64,000 nucleotides of DNA from an uncultured Bacilli bacterium (GTDB taxonomy: Bacteria; Bacillota_I; Bacilli_A; RF39; UBA660), in the NCBI GenBank assembly GCA_950097225.1, contig CATNCE010000003.1, positions 28,493-92,492 of the forward strand, written 5' to 3'. Below, piece after piece: positions 19,189 through 29,854 of this stretch. The notes below the pieces were generated by a model, which made no database searches, was not told the origin of the DNA, and saw only the letters and a list, made by a program, of their open reading frames with translations. The number at the start of each line of letters is the position of its first letter. The stretch's first letter is position 1. The translations under genes and the position numbers were made by a program.

Positions 19189-20760
19189 TTAATTATTTTT
19201 TATTATCGATTCGGCAACTTTCATGCCATCAATTGCTGATGTCGTTATGCCGCCTGAGTAACCAGAACCTTCACCAGCTGGGTATACTCCTTTGATGTTT
19301 GCACAATAGGCTGCATCTCTTATAAATTTAATTGGTGATGAGGTGCGCGATTCAACGCCAGATAAAACGGCATCTTCGGTATCAAAACCTTTTATTTTTT
19401 CGCCAAACTTTAAAATTGCCTCTTTAAATGCTATATTTAACTCACTCGGCAATATCCCGTTTAAGTCGGCAAAAGTGTACTGGCCTTTTATCTCTGGTTT
19501 TACACTTTTAAACGCAGTCGATATGGTGTTATTTAGATAGTCTCCTAATAATTGAACTGGTATCTTGCCTTTACCGATTTGGTAGGCTTTTTCTTCGATG
19601 TTTTTTTGAAAATCTAGCCCGGCAAATAGCGAGGTTCCATAAATATCTTTATTGACTGTAACGATGATGGCACTATTAGCATTTTTACTATCGCGTTTAT
19701 AGTTACTCATCCCGTTAGTGGCAAGGCGTCCTTCCTCACTGGATGCATTAACAACGTATCCTCCTGGACACATACAAAAAGAATATACACCATGATTATT
19801 ACTACTTTGATAAGTTAATTTATAAGATGCTGCCCCTAAATGATCTTTATACTTTAGTCCGTATTGGCTTTCGTTAATAGCGTCTTGTAAGTGTTCGATT
19901 CTAAATCCGACTGCAAAGGGCTTAGGTAACATTTCTAGCCCGTGTTTACGTAGCATCAAAAAGGTGTCGCGAGCACTGTGGCCGATAGCAAGAACTAGGC
20001 ATTCGCATTTAACCCATTCGCTATTATTTAGTTCGATTTCTGTTATTGTTTTGTTATTGCATTTAATATCTGTTAAACAGGTGTTATACCTGAATGTTCC
20101 ACCCTTTGCTATGATGTACTCACGCATGTTTTTTACAACGTTTCTAAGGATATCAGTTCCAATATGGGGTTTGTAGCTATATAAAATTTCTTTTGGTGCT
20201 CCAAATAACACAAATGTCTCTAAAACTTTTTGATGAGCCCCATCAGTGTCCTTAGTTAAAGTATTTAGTTTGCCATCAGAAAATGTTCCTGCTCCACCTT
20301 CCCCGAATTGAACATTAGAATTAGGATTTAAAATTGAATGCTCCCAGAAGGATTCAACGGTTTTAACTCTTTTGTCGATCTCCTCCCCGCGTTCAATTAA
20401 TATTGGTTTTAGTCCAGCTTCAACAAATGCATATGCAGCAAACAAACCTGCAGGCCCAGTACCTATGATATATGGCTGGATAGATGCGTTATGAGCTTTG
20501 GTAGTGAGATATTCGTTTCTAGAATAAGGAGTAATTAAATCGTTAAATTTTATTGACACAGATCCTTCTTTAACAAGGGATACTATTACATCATAAATAT
20601 ACATTATATGATTTTTATTACGAGCATCAATGGAAAGTTTAATGATTTGATAACCAGTGAGCATACTTTTGTTAATGCGTAGTAGTTTGCATATTTTCAA
20701 TTCGAGCATTTTTTCTTGATCTTCACAAACTTCAATTTTGATCTGACGAATTTTAATCAT
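19189..20760 (-). CDS. FAD-dependent protein of the COG2509 type (NAD(FAD)-utilizing dehydrogenase-like)
   Basis: It begins MIKIRQIKIEV...SIDARNK and has the dinucleotide fold IIGTGPAGLFAA. The start is the ATG at 20758-20760, overlapping the upstream stop in ATGATTAA. Confidence 0.7.
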   Translation of the reverse strand: MIKIRQIKIEVCEDQEKMLELKICKLLRINKSMLTGYQIIKLSIDARNKNHIMYIYDVIVSLVKEGSVSIKFNDLITPYSRNEYLTTKAHNASIQPYIIGTGPAGLFAAYAFVEAGLKPILIERGEEIDKRVKTVESFWEHSILNPNSNVQFGEGGAGTFSDGKLNTLTKDTDGAHQKVLETFVLFGAPKEILYSYKPHIGTDILRNVVKNMREYIIAKGGTFRYNTCLTDIKCNNKTITEIELNNSEWVKCECLVLAIGHSARDTFLMLRKHGLEMLPKPFAVGFRIEHLQDAINESQYGLKYKDHLGAASYKLTYQSSNNHGVYSFCMCPGGYVVNASSEEGRLATNGMSNYKRDSKNANSAIIVTVNKDIYGTSLFAGLDFQKNIEEKAYQIGKGKIPVQLLGDYLNNTISTAFKSVKPEIKGQYTFADLNGILPSELNIAFKEAILKFGEKIKGFDTEDAVLSGVESRTSSPIKFIRDAAYCANIKGVYPAGEGSGYSGGITTSAIDGMKVAESIIKNN

Positions 20761-21952
20761 GGCTAATGCTCCTTCCGCAAAGATATCCGGAAATGAAGGC
20801 AAACGCTAAATTGTATCCTCCACAAATACCATCAACATCGAGTGTTTCTCCAATAACATAGATATTAGGATATTTTTTTAAAGAGAAATCTTGGTTTATG
20901 TCATTCAAGGATACGCCGCCAGTTGATACTTGGGATTTTTCATAATCACATGTGTCTTTGATGAATACTGAGAAGTTTTTTATGGAAAAAACAAGTTTTT
21001 TTATGTCTTCATCAGTTAGTTTAGAACCCAAGTGCGCCTTGCGAATATTGGCTTTATTTAGAATAATGGGAATTAGTTTATAATTTAAAACAGTCTCTAG
21101 AATTTCTTCGATAGTATGATTTTGACTAAATGTTGTTTTAAATATTTTATCAAGATTTGCATCTTGGGGAGCGAAATCAATGTATAGCGATGGCGTTATT
21201 TTTTCTGCAAGTAAGCGAGATACTTTAGAGCTGATATTCAAGGTTACGATTCCACTTATACCATAATCAGTTAGTTGAATTTCCCCTTCTTCTTGACAGA
21301 TAAGTTCTTCTTTATCTTTTAGAGTTAATCTTACGATACTACGAAGTCCAGAACACTTAGATAGATGACTCTCTTCTAATATAAGTGGCACTAAAGCAGG
21401 ACGTAAAGGATTATAGGAGATGTTTAAATCATTTAAAATAGGATATATACTTCCGTTAGATCCGGTTTTAGGTGAAGCAAGGCCTCCACATGCTAGTATG
21501 ACTTTATCGACTATTAGTTCTTCACTATTGGTAAGTTCTAATTTGATTTTTTGTTTTTCTATTTGAATATTCTTTAAACTTCTATTATAAAGTATTTCGA
21601 TATTTGGTCTATTTAGAGCAAGTTCAAAAGTTTCGCGAATGCTACTAGCTAAATTGGAATTCGGATAATAATAGTTATTTTTATGATAAGAATATATCCC
21701 TAAATCGTCGATCAAGTATTTGAAAACTGAGTCTTGATGGGATAAAACACTATCTAAAACGGAAATGTTATCAGTGTTATACTTGGTTGTATTTATTTCT
21801 TTATTCCAAAAGTTGCATTTCCCATTTCCAGTAACGAGAAGTTTCTTGCCTATTTTATCATTTTGTTCAATTAAAATGACATTGTGGTTCTTTGGGATAT
21901 TTAAGGCTGCTAGAATTCCACTAGCCCCTCCTCCAATTATGGCGATTGTCAT
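20753..21952 (-). CDS. HI0933/BaiN-like flavoprotein (aminoacetone-oxidase family)
   Basis: The N-terminus is MTIAIIGGGASGILAAL...GKKLLVTGNGKCNFWN. The start is the ATG at 21950-21952, with AAAGGAG upstream. The ORF-track start at 21970 is TTG. Confidence 0.75.
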   Translation of the reverse strand: MTIAIIGGGASGILAALNIPKNHNVILIEQNDKIGKKLLVTGNGKCNFWNKEINTTKYNTDNISVLDSVLSHQDSVFKYLIDDLGIYSYHKNNYYYPNSNLASSIRETFELALNRPNIEILYNRSLKNIQIEKQKIKLELTNSEELIVDKVILACGGLASPKTGSNGSIYPILNDLNISYNPLRPALVPLILEESHLSKCSGLRSIVRLTLKDKEELICQEEGEIQLTDYGISGIVTLNISSKVSRLLAEKITPSLYIDFAPQDANLDKIFKTTFSQNHTIEEILETVLNYKLIPIILNKANIRKAHLGSKLTDEDIKKLVFSIKNFSVFIKDTCDYEKSQVSTGGVSLNDINQDFSLKKYPNIYVIGETLDVDGICGGYNLAFAFISGYLCGRSISHD

Positions 21953-21953
21953 T

Positions 21954-22610
21954 TTATCGACTCCTTTCAAGATATTTCCTTAATCGTTTAATCTCTAAAT
22001 CTAGTTTTAGTTGATATTTTAGCTTGTTATTGGGAATGAGTTTTTTTATTTTTAAACAGTTGTTTAACTCAAATTCTAAGTATTTAGGATCGTTTTTTAG
22101 GAATGGCCCATAATGCAAATCGTCTTTGTGATATTTCTTGTGTCCACGTTTAAAAACGATATTAATGTAGTTTTTATTAGCATCAACAAAGTATTCCTCA
22201 TCAGTAATATAAAAGCCCAACTTGATTACATGTGTTCTTAGTTCAGCATGATTATTATTAGATTGAATAATTAGCTTATTTATTTTCTCTAAATAGTCGT
22301 TATTTAATATTTCAATAATTGTATTAGTCCCCATTCCTGAGATGATTATGGTATTAATATCGTCTGATTCAGATAAAACTTCTAATCCTGCCCCTAATCT
22401 TGCATCAATTTTTTTAGTTAAATTAGCTGCTTTTATGTTTTTTTCTCCTGATTCTAAAGCAAGCTTGTGAATATCAGAGACAATCATATTGTTTACATAG
22501 TTGTTTTTTACGAGATCGATATCTAAAAGAGCATGATCACAGCCAATATCGATAATTTTATCTTCTTTTTCTACAAACTTTATTAATGATTTTAATCTAT
22601 AACTGAGCAT
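21954..22610 (-). CDS. trmK: tRNA (adenine22-N1)-methyltransferase TrmK
   Basis: LSYRLKSLIKFVEKEDKIIDIGCDHALLDIDLV matches the TrmK N-terminus and SAM motif. It lies near sigA and dnaG as in B. subtilis. The start is the ATG at 22608-22610, with GGTGA upstream. Confidence 0.75.
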   Translation of the reverse strand: MLSYRLKSLIKFVEKEDKIIDIGCDHALLDIDLVKNNYVNNMIVSDIHKLALESGEKNIKAANLTKKIDARLGAGLEVLSESDDINTIIISGMGTNTIIEILNNDYLEKINKLIIQSNNNHAELRTHVIKLGFYITDEEYFVDANKNYINIVFKRGHKKYHKDDLHYGPFLKNDPKYLEFELNNCLKIKKLIPNNKLKYQLKLDLEIKRLRKYLERSR

Positions 22611-22669
22611 TCTTTTCACCAACTATATAATAGCATATAAAAAGACAAGTTTCTAACTTATCTTTAATA

Positions 22670-23497
22670 TTAGCTTATTTTACGACAAATTTCTTTAATA
22701 AATGATTCGTAAGGAGCCATGTATGTAGCAAGATCTTTTTTCTCTTCAATGCGAACGTTATCAAAGTCAAGTCCTAAGTCATTAACTGGGATAAGTTCAT
22801 TATAGGATACATATGGAGCAGAAATTAAAGAGGCATCCCATGATGATTTGTTACACCCATCAATCATGATCTCTTGGTCATTTAGAGTAAATGAATATTG
22901 GTAATCACCTTTTAATGTTAAGTAACTAAGACTTGAGGTTTGACGACTATAGGAAGTGCTAATACCATAATGGTCAACTAAAACTTGATTGATGTAAAAG
23001 TCCTTCTCACCAGTTAGTTTTTTTACTTCTTTAGTTTCGTAATTATAAATTTTAATTAATGGTAAAGAACCATCAAATTTACGATGCTCTAAAACAAGAT
23101 ATGGACCGTATTGATGAAAATATAGGTTATACTTGTCGCTTTCTGTTAATTCATTAGCCCAATTGATTTTAATATCATTGATATAGATATTTAATTGAGA
23201 AAACTCTTTATCGATTGCCTGATATTGAAAGTTAATGATAAACATATCATTTAGTTTTACTTGTTGCCATTCTTGTGTTTGATAATCAAGAGTCTCTTTT
23301 TTTAATTTGTAGGCTGTATAGTTATCCTTAGTTTCAATTGTTTCTACATCGAGCTTTTTATAGTTGATTTCAGGGCTTGGATAATTATCTTTAATAGGTT
23401 CTCTTTTTACTATCGGTTTAATCAACAAGTAATTAACGAGAACGAATAAACCAATAGCAATGACAATATATAAAATATTATTTAGTTTTGTTTCCAT
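22670..23497 (-). CDS. Hypothetical N-terminally anchored extracytoplasmic protein
   Basis: A 275-aa ORF with the TM segment ILYIVIAIGLFVLVNYLLI. I recognised no family. Confidence 0.5.
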   Translation of the reverse strand: METKLNNILYIVIAIGLFVLVNYLLIKPIVKREPIKDNYPSPEINYKKLDVETIETKDNYTAYKLKKETLDYQTQEWQQVKLNDMFIINFQYQAIDKEFSQLNIYINDIKINWANELTESDKYNLYFHQYGPYLVLEHRKFDGSLPLIKIYNYETKEVKKLTGEKDFYINQVLVDHYGISTSYSRQTSSLSYLTLKGDYQYSFTLNDQEIMIDGCNKSSWDASLISAPYVSYNELIPVNDLGLDFDNVRIEEKKDLATYMAPYESFIKEICRKIS

Positions 23498-23539
23498 TTA
23501 GCACACCTCTATTATGTTTAAATTATAACACAAATAACG

Positions 23540-23568
23540 AAAAAAACAAGGCACTAATATGCCTTGTT
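23540..23568 (-). terminator. Terminator after sigA
   Basis: The hairpin is aacaaggc / gccttgtt, with a preceding A-run on the plus strand. Confidence 0.65.
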
Positions 23569-23570
23569 AG

Positions 23571-24665
23571 TTAATCTGCTATGAAATCTTTTAGTTTTTT
23601 AGCGCGCGATGGATGACGAAGTTTTCTTAGAGCTTTAGCCTCTATTTGTCTTATTCTCTCACGAGTTACGTTGAATCGCTTGCCTACTTCTTCTAATGTA
23701 TAACTAGTTCCATCTATTAATCCAAAACGAAGCTCAAGCACTTGTTGTTCTCTAGGTTGAAGAGTCGATAAAACTGCTTTGATCTCCTCTTTTAGAATTT
23801 CGTTAGTTGCGTATTCTTCTGGAGATAGTGATGACTCATCTTTAATGAAGTCGCCTAAGTGTGAATCATCTTCTTCGCCGATTGGAGTTTCAAGTGATAC
23901 TGGATCTTGACTTATTTTGATAACTTCTCGAACTTTATCTACCGATATTCCCATTTTCTTAGCAAGTTCTTCTTCACTTGGCTCACGATTTAATTCAAGA
24001 GTCATTTGGCGCTGAATGCGAGCCATTTTGTTAATTGTTTCTACCATGTGAACTGGCACACGAATAGTTCTTGCTTGATCAGCTAAAGCACGAGTTATAG
24101 CTTGGCGAATCCACCATGTAGCATAAGTTGAAAATTTAAAACCTTTTCCAAAGTCAAATTTTTCAACGGCTTTCATTAGACCAATGTTTCCTTCTTGAAT
24201 TAAGTCTAGGAATAAAAGCCCACGCCCAACGTAACGCTTAGCGATGGAAACAACAAGACGTAAGTTAGACTCGGCTAAGATGTTGCGAGCTTCTTCTTCG
24301 CCATTTGATACTCTTATAGATAAATCCATCTCTTCTTCAATACTTAATAAGGAAATACGCCCGATTTCTTTTAAGTACATGCGCACTGGATCGTTGATGT
24401 TGACATCTTTAGTCAAATCTTCGTCATTAAGGACAACGACCTCTTCTTCTTTTTTGCCTCCACCAGATTCTTCATCTTCAGTTATTACGCTGATACCAGC
24501 TTCAATAAAAGAATTATATAACTGATCTAGAGAATCAGCATCCATATCTAAACCTTTTAAGGCATTTGCTAATTGCTCAAAAGTTATATATCCTTTTTTC
24601 TTTCCTTCCTCGATTAATTCATTTTTTCTTTCTTCAAAAGTCTTTATTTCGTTAACTTTCTTCAT
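23571..24665 (-). CDS. sigA: Primary RNA polymerase sigma factor (SigA/RpoD)
   Basis: Region 2 reads [38 protein letters not shown], and region 4 reads [30 protein letters not shown]. Confidence 0.95.
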   Translation of the reverse strand: MKKVNEIKTFEERKNELIEEGKKKGYITFEQLANALKGLDMDADSLDQLYNSFIEAGISVITEDEESGGGKKEEEVVVLNDEDLTKDVNINDPVRMYLKEIGRISLLSIEEEMDLSIRVSNGEEEARNILAESNLRLVVSIAKRYVGRGLLFLDLIQEGNIGLMKAVEKFDFGKGFKFSTYATWWIRQAITRALADQARTIRVPVHMVETINKMARIQRQMTLELNREPSEEELAKKMGISVDKVREVIKISQDPVSLETPIGEEDDSHLGDFIKDESSLSPEEYATNEILKEEIKAVLSTLQPREQQVLELRFGLIDGTSYTLEEVGKRFNVTRERIRQIEAKALRKLRHPSRAKKLKDFIAD

Positions 24666-26388
24666 TTTGACACATCCTCTTTTTCATCTTCGCTATTTCA
24701 TCCATTAATTTTAGCTTTTCGTTTATATCTGTAATGCTCTTAAGCTTTGCTTTTAGTTCGTTGATTTTGTTTTCATCAATCCACATTTTTATTTTATTAA
24801 TAATTCCGACGTAATCAGCATCATTTAATTCAATACGTATATTATTATCGACGATAGCTAACACTTGTTCGTATTTATCACTGCTAATTTCATAAGTAAT
24901 AAAATCTGCTATATTAATATAATTGTATTTTAGGAAAAAAGCAAGTAAATCATTAGCAATATCGAGATATTTTTCATCGGGAATAAATCCTAATTCTTGT
25001 TCGTATAGTCTTATATATTTTGTATCATTCATCATATAATATAAAAGTATACTTGATAATTTTTGATTTTTTGATAATTTTTTTTCTTTTCGTGGCTCTA
25101 TTTTATTGACTTTGACGGGTTCAACTTTGATAATTTGATTAAGCAAAACATTTTTGTCAACTCCATATTCTTGAGATAATTCATTAACGGTTAAGTCAAT
25201 TAAAACTTGATTATTGCTCTTATTGAGTTCAGCTAGTACTTGGTTAATGTAATTAGAAACGTCTTCTACTTTGTTAAGATTTTTATCTTTTTTATAGTAA
25301 CTTAACTTAAAATCAAAATATGTTGCAGCATGTTTTACTGCATCCTCAAATTCTTCTTTAGAGTGTTTTAATATATATTCATCTGGGTCTTTAGCGCCAG
25401 TAATTCGCAAAATGCTCAAATCTACATTAGCTGATGATAAGGCCTCCCCATTTTGAATTGTAGCTTTTTCACCAGCGGTATCGTTATCCATGCAAAGAAT
25501 AATTTTGACATTTAATTTTTTTAATAATTTGATATGATCATCGGTTAAGGCAGTACCCATGGTTGCAACAACATTTTTAATGCCGCTTGCATATAGCCTT
25601 ATCGCGTCCATCTGCCCTTCTACTACAATTAAATATTTGAGTCTTCTTGCTTCATTCTGGGCTCGATGATAATTGAATAGAATTTTACCTTTTTTAAATA
25701 TAGGTGTCTCTTTAGTATTGATGTATTTAGCTTCATTAATATCTTCATAAATACGCGCTGAGAAACCGACTGGTTTGCCGCTTGGGTTGTGGATAGGAAA
25801 AGTTATACGATTCCGAAATAAATCATACAGAGTATTTCCGCGATTGGCAAGTCCTGTTTCAACCAATATTTGCTCATCAAAACCTTTGGTTGTAAGCAAT
25901 TTGCATATAGTATCGTAGTTGGTTGGCGCATAGCCGATGTTAAACTCTTCAATTATTTCATCATTAATACCACGTTTATTAAGATATTCTCGAGCACTGA
26001 GACCTTCTTGACTTTTTAGATTGTTTTGATAAAACTTTAATGTTAATTCTACGGCTTCATAGTGTTTACTATAGACATCTGTTTCTCTGTATCCAGTATC
26101 TATTTCGATACCAATTTTACTGGCAACTATGCGCACAGCTTCGATAAATGATACATTTTCAAAGTCTTGAACAAAGGAGAACACATTTCCAGTTTTATGG
26201 CATACAAAGCAAGTGAATAATCCTTTTTCCTCACTGACACTCATGGAAGGATTATGGTCATCATGGAAAGGACAAACGCCAAAATAGTTTTTTCCTTGTT
26301 TCTCTAAAGAAATATAGGAACTGATTATTTCGACAATATTAGCCTGTGATTGAATACGATTAATTTCTTCATTTGCTAATCCAGCCAC
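24652..26388 (-). CDS. dnaG: DNA primase DnaG
   Basis: The zinc finger [13 protein letters not shown]...[15 protein letters not shown] and a TOPRIM region (VVEGQMD...[12 protein letters not shown]) are present. It uses a GTG start with GAGGGTGA upstream. Confidence 0.95.
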   Translation of the reverse strand: MAGLANEEINRIQSQANIVEIISSYISLEKQGKNYFGVCPFHDDHNPSMSVSEEKGLFTCFVCHKTGNVFSFVQDFENVSFIEAVRIVASKIGIEIDTGYRETDVYSKHYEAVELTLKFYQNNLKSQEGLSAREYLNKRGINDEIIEEFNIGYAPTNYDTICKLLTTKGFDEQILVETGLANRGNTLYDLFRNRITFPIHNPSGKPVGFSARIYEDINEAKYINTKETPIFKKGKILFNYHRAQNEARRLKYLIVVEGQMDAIRLYASGIKNVVATMGTALTDDHIKLLKKLNVKIILCMDNDTAGEKATIQNGEALSSANVDLSILRITGAKDPDEYILKHSKEEFEDAVKHAATYFDFKLSYYKKDKNLNKVEDVSNYINQVLAELNKSNNQVLIDLTVNELSQEYGVDKNVLLNQIIKVEPVKVNKIEPRKEKKLSKNQKLSSILLYYMMNDTKYIRLYEQELGFIPDEKYLDIANDLLAFFLKYNYINIADFITYEISSDKYEQVLAIVDNNIRIELNDADYVGIINKIKMWIDENKINELKAKLKSITDINEKLKLMDEIAKMKKRMCQNEES

Positions 26389-26476
26389 AAAATCACCCTC
26401 TATATATACATATTAACGGGTATTACTATTTTTACTTTTATTTTTTACTTTTTTTGACATTTCACCTAAAAATCAT

Positions 26477-26502
26477 ACAAAAAAGGCACAAAATTGCACC
26501 TT
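26477..26502 (-). terminator. Possible terminator after the LRR surface-protein gene
   Basis: On the minus-strand RNA the hairpin AAGGUGCA-AUUU-UGUGCCUU needs two G-U pairs and is followed by UUUUGU. Confidence 0.4.
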
Positions 26503-26506
26503 CATA

Positions 26507-28081
26507 CTACTCTTTTATCATTACATTGGCTGTTGACCAAGCAGAGGGACGATCGCCGACTTCTAAATTCAAAATCCATTCTTGAAATGCAATATCTTTT
26601 ACATAAACTTTGGCATTATCTGGCATCGCAGAGAACATATTAACATCATCTATTACATTACTAGTATCAAAATTGCTTAAGTCCAAACTTGTTAAATTAC
26701 TACAACCATCAAACATACTTCTCATATCACTTACATTACTTGTATCAAAATTACTTATATCTAGACTTGTTAAACTACTACAATGAGAAAACATATAGTT
26801 CATATAACTTACATTACTTGTATCAAAACTACTTATATCTAAATTTATTAAATTACTACAACCATAAAACATATAGCTCATATTTGTTACACTACTTGTA
26901 TCAAAATTACTTACATCTAAACTTATTAAACTACTACAACCATTAAACATATAGCTCATATTTGTTACACTACTTGTATCAAAATTATTTAGATCTAAAC
27001 TTGTGATCTTACGACAACCAAGGAACATCAAAGACATATCAGTAACATTTCTTGTATCAAATGACTCTAAACCAACTATGTCACTCAATAAAGGATACGT
27101 ACTATAAGCACCATAAACACTAAACATCCCACTCATATTTACTACTTCTGAAGTATCAAAATTTGAAACATCTATAACCTGTAATTTTTCACACCAACCA
27201 AACATATTACTCATATTAGTTACATTTGAAGTATCAAAATACTCAAGCCCATCAATGCTCTCCAAACTAAAAAATGAAAAAAACAAATATGAACAATCTT
27301 TAGGAGCATAAATTTTTCCATCCGCTTGAATATACAAAGTATACTTCGAAGAAGCCCCCTCATTTTTAACCAAATAACTCATAACACTTTTATCTTGATT
27401 AGCAGATACATCAAAAATTAATTCATCAAGAGTTTCATGAGCTTGCATTTTATTTTCAAAAACAATCTTTGTTATATCAAATTTATAATCCCAAAAACAC
27501 CCAACTCGATGAGTTATATCAGTATCACTATGTGAATCAAATTCAGTAATCAGCTCCGAATTAGTCATTACGTTATAATTGTATGGAATTGCTAAATGTT
27601 CCTTTTCAATTGGTGTAGAGATTATCTCACATGTTAAAGATACTTCTTTACTCTCAGTTAATACTTTTATTAACTCTACTTCAATGGTTCCTTTTTTACT
27701 TGTTCCAGCTTCAACTATCATTTCACTTGGATTATTTCTTACATAAACGTACTCACTAGTATTACTATTTATACTACAATTTACACTTACATTTGCATCA
27801 TAATTTCTGCTTGTGTTTGCTACCATATACTCTAATGTAGTTTTATCATTTAGATCTAATAACTCTTTTGACTCAAACGTTATTGTTTTCTTATCACTAC
27901 TTATTAAACTATTATCTTTTCTTCCATCTAAGATAGCCTCAGTAAATATTATCTTAAAGTCATCTGCCTCACCTACTAACAAACCACCATTTAATACTAG
28001 TGTTGTTGTTACTGCAGCAAAACCTATTACCAAGATCAATACTGATAAAATAACAGCTATTCTTTTACTATTTTGTGTCAT
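26507..28081 (-). CDS. BspA-family / DUF285 leucine-rich-repeat surface protein carrying the same N-terminal module as the FGE-like proteins
   Basis: Repeats of the form FDTSNVTNMSYMF.GCS.L.SLD.SN have a 26-aa period, as in DUF285. The N-terminus MTQNSKRIAVILSVLILVIGFAAVTT plus a beta-rich module parallels 10916-12598. Confidence 0.8.
   Translation of the reverse strand: MTQNSKRIAVILSVLILVIGFAAVTTTLVLNGGLLVGEADDFKIIFTEAILDGRKDNSLISSDKKTITFESKELLDLNDKTTLEYMVANTSRNYDANVSVNCSINSNTSEYVYVRNNPSEMIVEAGTSKKGTIEVELIKVLTESKEVSLTCEIISTPIEKEHLAIPYNYNVMTNSELITEFDSHSDTDITHRVGCFWDYKFDITKIVFENKMQAHETLDELIFDVSANQDKSVMSYLVKNEGASSKYTLYIQADGKIYAPKDCSYLFFSFFSLESIDGLEYFDTSNVTNMSNMFGWCEKLQVIDVSNFDTSEVVNMSGMFSVYGAYSTYPLLSDIVGLESFDTRNVTDMSLMFLGCRKITSLDLNNFDTSSVTNMSYMFNGCSSLISLDVSNFDTSSVTNMSYMFYGCSNLINLDISSFDTSNVSYMNYMFSHCSSLTSLDISNFDTSNVSDMRSMFDGCSNLTSLDLSNFDTSNVIDDVNMFSAMPDNAKVYVKDIAFQEWILNLEVGDRPSAWSTANVMIKE
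26635..27274. repeat. Tandem coding repeats with a 78-bp period (the LRR units of the BspA-like gene)
   Basis: Units at about 26660-27000 are highly similar at the DNA level (...tatcaaaattacttacatctaaacttattaaactactacaacc...). They lie entirely inside the CDS. Confidence 0.8.
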
Positions 28082-28180
28082 ATCATATCACCTTTTTTGT
28101 TTATAATTAAACATACTTTCCTACTATAATTTAATCATACCCCTCCCGAAAAAATCAAGAGACTTGTTGAAAAAAGGGAC

Positions 28181-28194
28181 AATTTGACACACTT
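28181..28194. repeat. Left copy of a 14-bp direct repeat AATTTGACACACTT flanking the IS30-type element
   Basis: It is identical to 29785-29798, and similarity extends imperfectly to about 30 bp. Confidence 0.6.
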
Positions 28195-29784
28195 CGTAAA
28201 TTACGCAAATTATTTATTTAACGTCACGTTTTTGTTGACCTGTGACGTTACCATTTAAATATCGTGGGGAATATATAATGCTATAATATCTTATTGTATT
28301 TTGGCTTAAGTTTGAAAGGAGCTTATCATGAAAGCTAAAAAATACAAGCATTTATCTTTCGAAGATAGATGCATTATCGAAGAATACCTTAATCATAATT
28401 ATAATTTCACTCAAATTTCTAACAGACTTCAAAAAGACAGAACATGTATTTCTAAAGAAGTTCTAAAACATAGATTTTTAAGAGGAACTGCCTCTGCCGA
28501 AAGAGCTTGTTGCTTTGAATCTAAACCACCATATATTTGTAATGGCTGTGACAAATTTAATCATTGCAAAAAGCAAAAATACTCTTACTCTGCTCATATC
28601 GCTTACAACGAATACAAGCAAACTCTTATTTCAGAAAGAACTCATTTAAATATTACAAAGGAACAAATCGCTTCCATTAATGAAGTTATTTCTCCCCTTA
28701 TGATTTATAAAAATCATTCTGTAAATCAAGTTTATATGGAACATCCAGAATTGCTGCCTTTTTCCAAACCTACTTTTTATAAATATATTGATTTAGGTCT
28801 ATTAAACGTTAGAAATATTGACTTACAAAGAAAAGAACGATGGAAAGTTAAAAAAGAATATGATTATCATAAAGATAAAGTAAATACTTCGATCAAAGTA
28901 GGCCGCTTTTACACAGACTTTAAAGATTTTATGGAATTTCATTCAAATGCCTCTGTCGTGGAGATGGATACCGTAATTGGAACTCAAGGAGGACAAGGAG
29001 GTAAATGTATGCTTACCTTGCTTTTTAGACAATTTAATTTTATGCTTATTTACTTAATGCCATATAAAAAATCTGTATATGTAACTGAATTATTCAATCA
29101 TCTTAAATCTATTTTAGGCATTGAGGAATTTAAACGTTTATTTGAGGTTATATTAACTGATAATGGTACTGAGTTTTCTGATCCTGAGAGTATCGAAATT
29201 GATTTAAATACTGATGAAAAAGTTTGTTCTCTATTCTATTGTGATCCTAATTGCTCTTGGCAAAAAGGTTCTATTGAAAAGAATCATGAATTTATCCGAT
29301 ATATTTTGCCTAAAGGCACTTCCTTTGCATCTCTCAGCCAAGAAGATTGTTATTTAATCTCCTCACATATAAATTCTACTCCAAGATTGTCTCTAAATAA
29401 CAACTCTCCTTACGATTTGGCTTTATTGTTCATTGGAAAAAATAATATTAACAAACTTCAAATAAAAAAAATCGATTATGATAACATCGATCTTTCTTAC
29501 AGATTATTAAGAAAATAATCTAATATTAAAAAACTATTCAAGCCAAAATACAAACAATATTTCCTAACTTTTTAACGGGAAGTTACATTTTTCCAAAAAT
29601 TTTTTTTCAACTTCTCGTTCCTTTTATATGCAATAATTTCGGTTTGATTACTCTAAATTTTATCATTTTTTTAGATTTTTTCAAGTTTTTTTATTAATTA
29701 TCTCCCAAAATCACGTTTAAAACGAGACGTTTTCAATTAAAATACCTATTACTTTTTAGCGAGACATTATATTTTAATCTAACG
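28195..29784 (+). mobile_element. IS30-family insertion sequence; boundaries are tentative
   Basis: It holds a single transposase ORF. It is bounded by the 14-bp direct repeats, and the ends CGTAAATTA... (left) and ...TAATCTAACG (right; reverse complement CGTTAGATTA) form a short imperfect inverted repeat. Alternatively, a minimal unit 28294-29553 is bounded by a perfect 14-bp inverted repeat TTGTATTTTGGCTT. Confidence 0.5.
28328..29518 (+). CDS. IS30-family DDE transposase
   Basis: An N-terminal HTH (LSFEDRCIIEEYL..NFTQISNRL) is followed by the catalytic region VEMDTVIG...ILTDNGTEFSD...CSWQKGSIEKNHEFIRYILPKGTSF, which matches the IS30 pattern W.RG.nEN.NgllR...PKg. SD AAAGGAG precedes the start. 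Confidence 0.85.
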   Translation: MKAKKYKHLSFEDRCIIEEYLNHNYNFTQISNRLQKDRTCISKEVLKHRFLRGTASAERACCFESKPPYICNGCDKFNHCKKQKYSYSAHIAYNEYKQTLISERTHLNITKEQIASINEVISPLMIYKNHSVNQVYMEHPELLPFSKPTFYKYIDLGLLNVRNIDLQRKERWKVKKEYDYHKDKVNTSIKVGRFYTDFKDFMEFHSNASVVEMDTVIGTQGGQGGKCMLTLLFRQFNFMLIYLMPYKKSVYVTELFNHLKSILGIEEFKRLFEVILTDNGTEFSDPESIEIDLNTDEKVCSLFYCDPNCSWQKGSIEKNHEFIRYILPKGTSFASLSQEDCYLISSHINSTPRLSLNNNSPYDLALLFIGKNNINKLQIKKIDYDNIDLSYRLLRK

Positions 29785-29798
29785 AATTTGACACACTT
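29785..29798. repeat. Right copy of the 14-bp direct repeat AATTTGACACACTT
   Basis: It is identical to 28181-28194. Confidence 0.6.
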
Positions 29799-29854
29799 TG
29801 TGTAATGGCAAAAAGCCATCTTGTTTATAATAGGTATTTTATTTTTGATTATTA

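Noticed and set aside
26689-26946. Plus-strand 85-aa ORF with a striking periodic Y/L/N-rich sequence, and a CRISPR-like regular repeat pattern in the DNA.
   Set aside because: It is the antisense shadow of the 78-bp LRR coding repeats of the BspA-like gene. The units are contiguous with no unique spacers, and the minus-strand frame encodes a coherent DUF285 protein.
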